Source: Raphidiopsis brookii D9 | Lineage (GTDB): Bacteria; Cyanobacteriota; Cyanobacteriia; Cyanobacteriales; Nostocaceae | Direction: 5' to 3' | DNA: 32,000 nucleotides | Assembly: GCA_000175855.1 (NCBI GenBank) | Contig: ACYB01000006.1 | Coordinates: forward strand, 52,768-84,767 | Part shown: one piece after another, positions 21,430 through 29,868 of the stretch | Layout of the letters: every line of letters starts with the position of its first letter | How positions within the stretch are numbered: position 1 is the stretch's first letter | Program-made: the position numbers and the translations under genes | The notes under the pieces: generated by a model | Databases searched by the model: none | Seen by the model: the letters and a program-made list of their open reading frames with translations, nothing else | Told to the model about the DNA's origin: nothing

Positions 21430-21529
21430 TTTATCCGGATTTAACTAATTCACGCTGGAACACTTTAATGGTAGATGCACCTTGATCTTCAACTCCCCTA
21501 ACTGGTTATGCGCCTTTAGGGGGTTTTTT
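21430..21529 (+). ncRNA. candidate small RNA module A (shared motifs plus Rho-independent terminator)
   Basis: TTTATCCGGAT (21430-21440), GGTAGATGCACCTTGAT from 21470, hairpin CCCCTAA(21495-21501)/TTAGGGG(21516-21522), then T6. Confidence 0.5.
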
Positions 21530-21575
21530 ATTGCCTATAGCCTATAAAATAAATTAAAATTAACCCAGCTCAAAA

Positions 21576-21676
21576 TTTATCCGGATTGTCCTCCCCTGCT
21601 ACGGGATATTAGGGTGGTAGATGCACCCTGATAACTAAATCTCCCCCTAGTCGGACAAAACCGCTGGGGGTTTTTT
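21576..21676 (+). ncRNA. candidate small RNA module B (paralogue of module A)
   Basis: TTTATCCGGAT (21576-21586), GGTAGATGCACCCTGAT from 21616, hairpin CCCCC...CGG ACAAAA CCG..GGGGG (21643-21670), then T6. Confidence 0.5.
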
Positions 21677-21868
21677 CTTGAATTTTTCACTCAGTCCCAT
21701 GATAACTGTCTTTTGTCTTTCTTTCATTTTTAGCTGCTCTGAATCCCAAATTCAAGCAAATTCAAGATTTCCCCTAATCTAGATATCAAACTTTCCTAAG
21801 CGTTCTGGCTAAGGCTATGATGTACTTTAGCTATATTAGCTCCAAATAGTTCAATATATCTGTAAACT

Positions 21869-22300
21869 ATGGAACGTGGTCTTTTTTGGTTACCTTTACT
21901 GGGGGTTTTTTTTTGGTTGGCTTGGCAAGGTGCAAGGGAATATCAAAAGGTTGAAACTTATCGTCTCTGGGCTGAAGGTTTTCAACGCTCTAAATATGAT
22001 ATTTATGGGGTAATTGGTCAAAAAGACAACGAGATTACCTGGGGAAAACCCACACCCCAAGCCATTGTTCAAATGCAGACCTTTTCTCTGGTGGATGTTC
22101 AAGAAGTCCGCCTTCTGATAGATGGTCAAGCGGTCGGGTTGGATAAACCGCCCAACAAGGGTCGTTTAATAGAACTGGAGTTCATATTTTACCCAGGTGC
22201 TGCTTTTGCTCCATCTCTAAACATACCTTTCACCGAGATTCCCTTGGCAGCTCAATGGGGTCATTTCTTGCAAAATAGGTTACAAAATTTACAAATCTGA
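21869..22300 (+). CDS. conserved cyanobacterial protein with N-terminal membrane helix
   Basis: 143 aa; MERGLFWLPLLGVFFWLAWQGAREYQKVETYRLWAEGF...; hydrophobic N-terminus, no recognised domain. Confidence 0.7.
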   Translation: MERGLFWLPLLGVFFWLAWQGAREYQKVETYRLWAEGFQRSKYDIYGVIGQKDNEITWGKPTPQAIVQMQTFSLVDVQEVRLLIDGQAVGLDKPPNKGRLIELEFIFYPGAAFAPSLNIPFTEIPLAAQWGHFLQNRLQNLQI

Positions 22301-22304
22301 TTGA

Positions 22305-23129
22305 TTAGTTTAGGCTTTTTGACCATTCCACAATTGCCTTTATTAGTCCATCAATGGTATGTTTTTGGGCGGTAATGTCTACTCGACCTAGTAAGTCTAT
22401 ACAAGTTTTGGATGTCTGTGGACCAATAGAGGCGATCGCACTTTTGTTTAAGTATTGTTCTGCTTTTTGAGGTAAATTATTTTCTAATAGTACACAGAAA
22501 AACTTGACTGTCTTGGAGCTGGCAAAGGTAATTACATCTACTGAATGATTAATCAAGGCCTGCTGTGCTGTGGTAGGTATGCTTTGGGGACAAAGAGATT
22601 CATAAGCGGGAACTTCCACCACTTGGGCACCTTTTTGTGTTAGTTCTTTGACCAAAATATCTCTCCCTCCACTTTCAACTCTGGGGAATAAGATCTTTTT
22701 ACCTGCTAAATTTTCAGGAAAGTTGTTCACTAGGGAGTCAGCTATAAAGTCAGGAGGGATGAAGTCTGGTTCAATTTGGTGCATTTTCAAGCTTTGAGCT
22801 GTTTTTTCACCAACAGCAGCAATTTTAGTTCTATTTATTGCTCGTCTAATTAAGGCTTGCTGATTTTTATATTGCAATGCCATTCTCGCAAAAAAGGATT
22901 CGACCCCATTAGTGGAGGTAAAAACTAACCAATCAAAAGTGGATAATTCCAATATGCTCTGATCTAAGGATCTCCAACTGGAAGGAGGACCAATTTCTAG
23001 TGCTGGTAGTTCAATTACTCTTGCTCCTAAATTGGTTATTCCGTGACTCAATTCGCTAGATTGTCCTACTGCGCGGGTGACGAGGATGGTTTTACCGCTT
23101 AGGGGTGTGATGGGGATGTTGATTGACAC
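22305..23129 (-). CDS. hemD: uroporphyrinogen-III synthase
   Basis: 274 aa; LSGKTILVTRAVGQSSELSHGITNLGARVIELPALEI, FDWLVFTSTNGVESFF, VDVITFASSKTVKFF, SIGPQTSKTC. Confidence 0.88.
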   Translation of the reverse strand: MSINIPITPLSGKTILVTRAVGQSSELSHGITNLGARVIELPALEIGPPSSWRSLDQSILELSTFDWLVFTSTNGVESFFARMALQYKNQQALIRRAINRTKIAAVGEKTAQSLKMHQIEPDFIPPDFIADSLVNNFPENLAGKKILFPRVESGGRDILVKELTQKGAQVVEVPAYESLCPQSIPTTAQQALINHSVDVITFASSKTVKFFCVLLENNLPQKAEQYLNKSAIASIGPQTSKTCIDLLGRVDITAQKHTIDGLIKAIVEWSKSLN

Positions 23130-23172
23130 GATTCAAGGAGGGGAAGCAATAACTAATCTATTCTATCTTTTT

Positions 23173-23895
23173 CTACACTTTTTCCAGGAATTTTCTAAGT
23201 CCCACAACTTCTCCAATCACGATTACAACGGGAGAAAGTGGTATGTCTCTGGTTTTTCCCACTATATTACCAAGTTCACCTATGCAAATTTTTTGCTTGG
23301 CAGTTCCAGTCCAACGAATAATCGCTATAGGTGTGGATTTGGATTTTCCATGTCTGAGTAATTGGTGGACTATTATCTCCAGGTTTTTTCCTCCCATCAA
23401 AATTACTAGGGTTTGTAATCTTGATAGAGCTTCCCAATCTAAAATTTCAGGATCATGTGCTGTAGCTATGGCAAAACACTGACTTAAAACTGTGTCTGTT
23501 AGTGGTATTCCAGCTAATAATGGCCCTGCTAGAGCTGAGGAAATTCCTGGAATGATTTCAAATTCACAACCTGCTGATTTTAAGGCGGTAATTTCTGCTA
23601 TACATCTACCAAAAATAAATGGGTCTCCTGCTTTTAGTCTGACTACTTGTTTACCTTCTCGATAATATTTCACTAATAGGTTGTTAATTTCTCCTTGGGA
23701 GGTGCTTATACCTCCTCCCCTTTTCCCTACATCTAGTTTTAAACAGTTACTGGGGACAGAATTTAATAATTCTTCGTCTACTAGTGCATCATATACTAAA
23801 ACTTCAGCAATCCCCAGCAATCTATAGGCTTTTACTGTTAGATACTCTATATCTCCTGGTCCTGCTCCTACAATATAAACTTTATTTCTGGACAT
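23173..23895 (-). CDS. cobA: uroporphyrinogen-III C-methyltransferase
   Basis: 240 aa; VYIVGAGPGDIEYLTVKAYRLLGIAEVLVYDALV, VVRLKAGDPFIFGR, PGISSALAGPLLAGIPLT. Confidence 0.94.
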   Translation of the reverse strand: MSRNKVYIVGAGPGDIEYLTVKAYRLLGIAEVLVYDALVDEELLNSVPSNCLKLDVGKRGGGISTSQGEINNLLVKYYREGKQVVRLKAGDPFIFGRCIAEITALKSAGCEFEIIPGISSALAGPLLAGIPLTDTVLSQCFAIATAHDPEILDWEALSRLQTLVILMGGKNLEIIVHQLLRHGKSKSTPIAIIRWTGTAKQKICIGELGNIVGKTRDIPLSPVVIVIGEVVGLRKFLEKV

Positions 23896-23920
23896 TTTCT
23901 ATCGGGTTAATTTAAAGAGA

Positions 23921-24862
23921 TTAATTTAAAAGGGCACCAATGGGAAAGATTAGATATTCCAGGAAAAACATTTTCCAAATTAATTGATAAAACTTGGCAA
24001 TTTCTTTTTTACTCTCCAAGTTCACTTTCTGACTTTTTAACCATAGGAATATTAGGGGTATGGTGTGACTGATGACTAGAAATGTGGGGTTAATTTCTGC
24101 TAACTGGAAGATACCAACAATAATCATTCCTATATAACAAAATGTTAGTAGCCAAAGGGCAAGATCAAATACCGCTTTTTTCCCCAGTTTTATGGTGAAG
24201 GTATTAATGTTATAACGCAAGTCCCCCTCTAAATCAGGTATGTCTTTAAATATGGCGATCGCCATGGTAAAAACCAGGATAAATAATGTTAAAGTCCATA
24301 GGGTAAAAGGTATGCCCTGGCTTCTTTGTAATAGCCAACTAAAATGCAGAAACAGTCCTAAGTTGACAATAGTTCCCCGCACGGAAAAAATACATAAGGC
24401 TGCCCAAAATGGAAATTGCTTCAACCTTAATGGTGGTAAGGAATAGGCGGTTCCAATTACTAGGCTAGTTACTACCATAACCAATAAAAATGGTCCACTA
24501 ATCCAAGCTAGAGCTAGAGCTAAAATGCCCGTAGTAATCACAATGGACTTTCCCTGGTCTTCGGAGAATTCTCCTGCAGCTACGGGTAAATGAGGCTTGT
24601 TGATTTTATCAATATCTACATCTATTAATTGATTTAAACCTACAATATAAATATTTCCCGATATACAAGCTAACCAGGTAATTAAAATTTGGCTTAAATT
24701 TACTACAGAGAAACTAGAGTTAGTCACACCAATAGTCAGCAAGTATAAACCTAGCACACTTAGAGTTGTACCTATAATTGTATGAGGTCTAGAAAACTTC
24801 CACAAGCTGTGGAGCCAATTTGTGGCAACTATGGGCGAATTAGAAGGAGGAAACTGATTCAT
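23921..24862 (-). CDS. homogentisate phytyltransferase (UbiA family), tocopherol pathway
   Basis: 313 aa; FSRPHTIIGTTLSVLGLYLLT, prenyl-diphosphate-binding NQLIDVDIDKINKPHLPVAAGEFS, second Asp motif IAIFKDIPDLEGD. Confidence 0.85.
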   Translation of the reverse strand: MNQFPPSNSPIVATNWLHSLWKFSRPHTIIGTTLSVLGLYLLTIGVTNSSFSVVNLSQILITWLACISGNIYIVGLNQLIDVDIDKINKPHLPVAAGEFSEDQGKSIVITTGILALALAWISGPFLLVMVVTSLVIGTAYSLPPLRLKQFPFWAALCIFSVRGTIVNLGLFLHFSWLLQRSQGIPFTLWTLTLFILVFTMAIAIFKDIPDLEGDLRYNINTFTIKLGKKAVFDLALWLLTFCYIGMIIVGIFQLAEINPTFLVISHTIPLIFLWLKSQKVNLESKKEIAKFYQLIWKMFFLEYLIFPIGALLN

Positions 24863-24865
24863 GGG

Positions 24866-25729
24866 CTATTTAACTCCACATAACAAACCAAATTTAATTA
24901 AACCCCGTTCATACCCACGGCGCATTAAACTAAGGGAGAGCGCCGCTTGAATTGTAGTCCAACCGGAAAACAACAACCCCAGGAATGCTTGGGGGGTAAA
25001 AGCAGAATCAATTACCACATTCCAAAAGGGTGCAACCCCAGTTGACCAATCAGCAGTCCTAATGTTTTTTAGTCCTAATTGACTGGCGATCGTATCATAT
25101 TCCGGTAAAGAAATCACATAGGGTAGACAATAAGCTCGATAAATATCTTGCAGGTGCTTTTGTTCATCCCCACTCAGTGTTAAAACATCCGTGGGACGAT
25201 GACACCATGTTACCATGATGAGTGTGCCACCTGGTTTTAACACCCGATAACACTCTTGCAGAAATTTCGTTTTATCTGGCATGTGCTCACCACTTTCTAA
25301 TGACCACACTAGATCAAAGGAATTATCATCAAAAGGCATTTCTTGGGCATTAGCCACTAAAAAACTACTCCTTGATTGTAAATTGGCTTCCAGTGCCCTT
25401 TCTTTGGCTCTAGCGCATTGAACTGGGCTGAGGGTAATTCCTGTGGACATGGCATGAAATTTTTGGGCCAAGTATAGGGAACTACCACCTATTCCACAAC
25501 CCACATCCAAGATATCATCTGCATGTTTTACTCCTGACCAATTTAGCACTGCTTCAATTAAATCAATTTGTGCTTGCCTACGTTCCTTTCTTTCTCTTCC
25601 ATCCGCACCATAATAGCCATGATGCATGTGTTCACCCCAAATTTGTTCCCATAAACCAGAGGAAGCATCATAAAACTCTTGGATTTGCTGATAGATTTTT
25701 GTACTCATGTTCTTAAAGGTAAAAATCAC
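24866..25729 (-). CDS. gamma-tocopherol methyltransferase-like SAM-dependent methyltransferase
   Basis: 287 aa; IQEFYDASSGLWEQIWGEHMHHGYYG, ILDVGCGIGGSSLYLAQKF, VWSLESGEHMPDKTKFLQECYRVLKPGG; ends 3 nt before the phytyltransferase start. Confidence 0.85.
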   Translation of the reverse strand: MIFTFKNMSTKIYQQIQEFYDASSGLWEQIWGEHMHHGYYGADGRERKERRQAQIDLIEAVLNWSGVKHADDILDVGCGIGGSSLYLAQKFHAMSTGITLSPVQCARAKERALEANLQSRSSFLVANAQEMPFDDNSFDLVWSLESGEHMPDKTKFLQECYRVLKPGGTLIMVTWCHRPTDVLTLSGDEQKHLQDIYRAYCLPYVISLPEYDTIASQLGLKNIRTADWSTGVAPFWNVVIDSAFTPQAFLGLLFSGWTTIQAALSLSLMRRGYERGLIKFGLLCGVK

Positions 25730-25849
25730 TAAAAATCAAAACTCTGGAAAATATGTTTTAGAAGTGGCACATATCTGTTTAACTTAAAATATAAAGCAAT
25801 TTTGTTTGCTCAATAAAAAAAAATACCTGAAAAAACTACTTAACTCAAC

Positions 25850-27190
25850 TTGGTTATGACTGTTGCTCGGACGATATGCTTGGGGTTTATGGCGGTTATC
25901 TTATGTGGAACCATTTTGTTGATGATGCCTTTTTCCACTAGCAATGGTACATGGAACGACCCAATAGTAGCACTTTTTACCTCAACCTCCGCAGTCTGTG
26001 TGACTGGACTGTCAGTGGTTGATCCGGGTACTTATTTTTCCTTTTGGGGTCAACTACTGATTTTACTGCTAGTACAAATCGGTGGTTTGGGATATATGAC
26101 AACTACCACCTTCTTGATTTTACTAATTGGCAAAAGATTTGATTTAAGGCAAAAGGTAGCTATTCAACAAGCTCTAGACCGTCCGGGTATGAGTGGTAGT
26201 AGCCAAATTATTCGCTCCATTATTGCTACAACTATAATTTTTGAGATTACGGGAATTTTCCTCTTGCTCCCCGCTTTTGTCCCTGACCATGGCTGGAGTT
26301 ATGGAATGTGGTTAGCAATATTTCACAGCATCAATTCCTTTAATAATGCAGGATTTAGTCTGTTTAAAGATAATTTGATAGGTTATCAAACCTCCCTACT
26401 CGTGGTTTTTACAGTCACTGGGTTAATCATCTTTGGCGGAATTGGTTATCAAGTCATTTTAGATATGTATCTGTGGTTACGCGATCGCTTAAAAAGAAAA
26501 ACCACATTCATGGCATTCTCCCTTGATTTTAAAGTAGCAGTTAGTACCACCTTACTATTATTAGTAGTGGGGACAGTAGCTTTTTTTCTCATAGAAATTA
26601 GAAATCCAGAAACATTTGGCAAATTTAGATTTTCCGATCAACTATTATTAGCTTGGTTTCAGTCTGTTACTCCAAGAACAGCTGGTTTCAACACCATTGA
26701 CATTGGTAAAATGAGTGATGCAGGTCTATTTATTACCATTGCTTTAATGTTTATTGGTGCTAGTCCGGGTGGTACGGGTGGTGGGATAAAAACAACAACT
26801 TTGAGGGTATTAACCAGCTGCACCAAAGCAATACTTCAAGGTAAAGAGGAAGTTTGGCTCTATGAGCGCAAAATAGCCATAAATCTTATTTTAAAAGCCA
26901 TAGGTGTGGTTTTCGGCTCTTTGGCAACGGTCTTGTCAGCAACAGTTTTGATTAGTTTGACTGACCCAAAACTAGAGTTCATTCAAATTCTTTTTGAGGT
27001 GGTCTCAGCTTTTGGTACAGTGGGACTATCCACAGGGATAACTGGTAGTATTTCTACTGCTGCTAAAATAGTTATAATTGTCACAATGTATATAGGAAGG
27101 GTCGGTGTTTTATTGTCAATGTCAGCAATATTAGGAGATCCTCGTCCCAGTAGAGTTCACTACCCAGAAGGAAATTTGCTTGTAGGTTAG
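25850..27190 (+). CDS. ktrB: TrkH/KtrB-type potassium/sodium transporter membrane subunit
   Basis: 446 aa; pore-loop signatures STSAVCVTGLSVVDPGTYF, FHSINSFNNAGFSLF, TPRTAGFNTI-like SVTPRTAGFNTIDIG, GASPGGTGGGIKTTT, SAFGTVGLSTGI. Confidence 0.93.
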   Translation: MVMTVARTICLGFMAVILCGTILLMMPFSTSNGTWNDPIVALFTSTSAVCVTGLSVVDPGTYFSFWGQLLILLLVQIGGLGYMTTTTFLILLIGKRFDLRQKVAIQQALDRPGMSGSSQIIRSIIATTIIFEITGIFLLLPAFVPDHGWSYGMWLAIFHSINSFNNAGFSLFKDNLIGYQTSLLVVFTVTGLIIFGGIGYQVILDMYLWLRDRLKRKTTFMAFSLDFKVAVSTTLLLLVVGTVAFFLIEIRNPETFGKFRFSDQLLLAWFQSVTPRTAGFNTIDIGKMSDAGLFITIALMFIGASPGGTGGGIKTTTLRVLTSCTKAILQGKEEVWLYERKIAINLILKAIGVVFGSLATVLSATVLISLTDPKLEFIQILFEVVSAFGTVGLSTGITGSISTAAKIVIIVTMYIGRVGVLLSMSAILGDPRPSRVHYPEGNLLVG

Positions 27191-27193
27191 TTT

Positions 27194-27889
27194 ATGGACA
27201 TTTCATCATTGAAGTTCTTTCGCAGTTTAAAACAAGACAATAACCAATTTGCAGTAATTGGATTAGGTCGTTTTGGTCGTTCTGTTTGTTCCACATTACA
27301 CGGTTTGGGTTATCAGGTCTTAGCTACAGATGTGGATGAAAAAAGGGTATCTGAAGCATTAAATGAGTCAATTGTCGCTCATGCAGTGCAGTTAGACTCC
27401 ACTGAGTCAGCAGCACTTAAAGAAGCGGGCATTTTTGAGTTTGATACGGTTATTGTCGCTATTGGCAACTATATTCAGGAAAGTATTATTACCACTCTTA
27501 ATGTTAAGGAAGGTGGTGTACCCCATGTGGTTGCTAAAGCTTCCAGTGAGGTACATTGTAAGCTGCTAAAAAGAGTAGGTGCAGACCATGTAGTATTTCC
27601 CGAATACGAAGCAGGTTGTGCTTTGGCACGCACCCTAACTAAGCCGTCAATTTTAGACCGGTTTGATCTAGACCCAGATAATAGTATTGTAGAGTTGATT
27701 GTCCCCGATGAATTTCATGGTAAAACCGTGGCGGAAATTCAGTTGCGAAATCGTTATGGTCTAAATTTACTAGCAGTTAGTCAGGATGGTAAGTTTAAGA
27801 TTAATCCTGACCCTGGTAAACGACTGGAACGTGGTTCAGCGATGGTAGTAATTGGCTGCAATAAGGATATTAATCGCCTACCAATTTAA
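27194..27889 (+). CDS. ktrA: KtrA/TrkA-type RCK regulatory subunit
   Basis: 231 aa; [34 protein letters not shown] (Rossmann), [23 protein letters not shown]; 3 nt after ktrB. Confidence 0.93.
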   Translation: MDISSLKFFRSLKQDNNQFAVIGLGRFGRSVCSTLHGLGYQVLATDVDEKRVSEALNESIVAHAVQLDSTESAALKEAGIFEFDTVIVAIGNYIQESIITTLNVKEGGVPHVVAKASSEVHCKLLKRVGADHVVFPEYEAGCALARTLTKPSILDRFDLDPDNSIVELIVPDEFHGKTVAEIQLRNRYGLNLLAVSQDGKFKINPDPGKRLERGSAMVVIGCNKDINRLPI

Positions 27890-28999
27890 CTGCAACAAAT
27901 TCTTGCTTCTGGTAAAATCAACATGGCATCACCAAAAGAATAGAAACGATATCTAGATGCGATCGCCTGGTTGTAAACATCTAGTAGTCTTTCTCGACCA
28001 ATTAAGGAACTAACTAACATAAGCAAACTAGAACGAGGTAGATGAAAGTTAGTAATAAGACCTTCCACGACACGCCATTGATAGCCTGGATAAATAAAAG
28101 AGATTAACTTTGCCCGTATACGGTTGTAAGGAACCACTTTGGGCAGCACCTTCTAAAGCGCGAACTACCGTAGTACCAACCGCAATAATTCGCCCTCCAG
28201 CATTTTTGGTAGCGTAAATCTTCTCTACTAAGTCCCCACTAACTTCTATCCATTCTTCATGCATTTGGTGGGTGGTAACGTCTTCCACTTCCACTGGTCG
28301 AAATGTACCGACACCAACATGTAAAGTGAGAAATTCCTGTTGAATACCGCTCTCTCGCAACTTGACCAATAGTTCTGGTGTAAAGTGAAGTCCTGCTGTG
28401 GGAGCTGCCACAGCACCGTCGTGTTTAGCATATACAGTTTGATATTGCTCCTCCAGCGCATGAGAGTTATTAATATAAGGTGGTAAGGGAATCTTTCCCA
28501 ATTTGTGTAAAAAATGGAGCAAAGAAACATTTATAGGCAAATCAAATCGCAATAATCTACCGCCCGTATTCTCATCCCGTTCAATCACCGTAGCAGTGAG
28601 TTGGGGTATTAATTTATTCACAGAGGATAATCCCTGATCATCAAAAATAATTTCAGTTCCGATATTAAAATATTTACCTGGTTTAACCAATGCTAACCAA
28701 CAATTATGTTGTTTTTCTTCCAAAAGCAACACTTCCACTCTTGCTCCTGTGGACTTGCGACCATATAGTCGAGCGGGGATAACTCGTGTATTATTCATCA
28801 CTAATAAATCCCCAGGTTTTAACAATTCTGGTAGGTCTCTAAAGATGTGGTCTAGTGGGGGTGTTAGTGTTCCTGCAGGGGGATTAATTACCATTAAGCG
28901 AGAGTTATCTCTGGGAACCACGGGGTTCTGGGCAATTAATTCTGGAGGTAGTTCATAGTCATATCCAGATAATGAGATATCTAGGTCACTATTTTGCAT
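27886..28999 (-). CDS. queA: S-adenosylmethionine:tRNA ribosyltransferase-isomerase, split by a 1-nt insertion in the A4/T4 run at 28096-28099
   Basis: ORF 28049-28999: [27 protein letters not shown]...[10 protein letters not shown]...[12 protein letters not shown]...[36 protein letters not shown] 27886-28149 supplies [65 protein letters not shown]. Confidence 0.92.
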
Positions 29000-29214
29000 T
29001 CTTAATTCTTTGAATCAGGATATTTAGGAGCTATGTCTAATTGGCGGCCATAAGACTATAATTATAGCTTATGGTCAAATTACTTATTAAGTTAGTTCCT
29101 GGATAAATGTTGTGTCCTTTGCCCTACATAAACGGAACTTCACAAGTTGTGTATAAATGTGTATAGCGTTTATATGAAATTTGGTTGTGCTTTTTTCATT
29201 TTCCGCTATCGGGG

Positions 29215-29231
29215 TGTCTGTTTAACAGACA
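29215..29231. terminator. perfect short inverted repeat TGTCTGTTTAACAGACA, possible terminator
   Basis: 8-bp arms with a 1-nt centre, followed on the plus strand by TCCCTTGTTTTT. Confidence 0.35.
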
Positions 29232-29290
29232 TCCCTTGTTTTTAGTCCCTCGATTTACTGACTATTTAGCGATCGCTCGTCTCTTGAGTC

Positions 29291-29334
29291 TAAATCTCCA
29301 CTAAATCTCCACTAAATCTCCACTAAATCTTCAC
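29291..29334. repeat. 11-bp tandem repeat, 3 perfect copies plus 1 degenerate
   Basis: TAAATCTCCAC x3 then TAAATCTTCAC. Confidence 0.95.
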
Positions 29335-29695
29335 AAATTTTTCATTCTTAATTTTATGATGAAGTAAATAGGAAACTTTTATGTAAGTAGGTCGGCCTAC
29401 ATATATTCTCTTTTTGGATCAGCAGGATAAATTGTTAAGAAACAGTCAAAAACTTGTAATTTTTATTACATCAATTTAACTTATACTTAACCTATGAATA
29501 TTAGCTAAAGTCCGGATTTAGCAATGGTTTTGATGACTGAATGGAATATGTAGATCAAAAGCTCTAAAGTAAAAAGTTAAGTAATGTTAAACTTTAGAAT
29601 TGAGTGGTAGACAAAATCAAATTGAATGTGATATTGTTTATCATGGTTAGGTGAAGGCATCGAAGTTGGGGGCAAAATAACTTATGCTTACTAGC

Positions 29696-29785
29696 AATAC
29701 TGCTGCCAAAATTCTGAAACCGGATTGATATCGTGACGATTTTATTGGGTTTCAGCCCTATATTTGTAAAATTGGCAAATGTATT
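29696..29785. repeat. nested inverted repeat about 80 bp upstream of the LamG-GMC gene
   Basis: AATAC(29696)/GTATT(29781), TGCCAA(29704)/TTGGCA(29772), CTGAAACC(29714)/GGTTTCAG(29748): 19 complementary pairs in register within 90 nt. Confidence 0.65.
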
Positions 29786-29868
29786 ATACTAACCAAGCTG
29801 AAAGGTTTAGTTAGCTAATTCAAATACCGTTACGAGACAACAATAACAGTCTGAAATAGGGGTACTAA

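Noticed and set aside
21470-21529. GGTAGATGCACC modules considered as tRNA fragments or protein-gene attenuators
   Set aside because: No cloverleaf or CCA-like elements and no leader peptide; the duplication plus paired terminators fits independent small transcripts better.
29215-29231. Perfect palindrome TGTCTGTTTAACAGACA considered as an operator
   Set aside because: Not discarded completely, but it is far (about 640 bp) from the next ATG and followed by a T-rich stretch, so a weak terminator is the simpler reading.
29291-29334. Short direct repeats considered as a CRISPR array
   Set aside because: Units are 11 bp and contiguous with no spacers; a simple tandem repeat.
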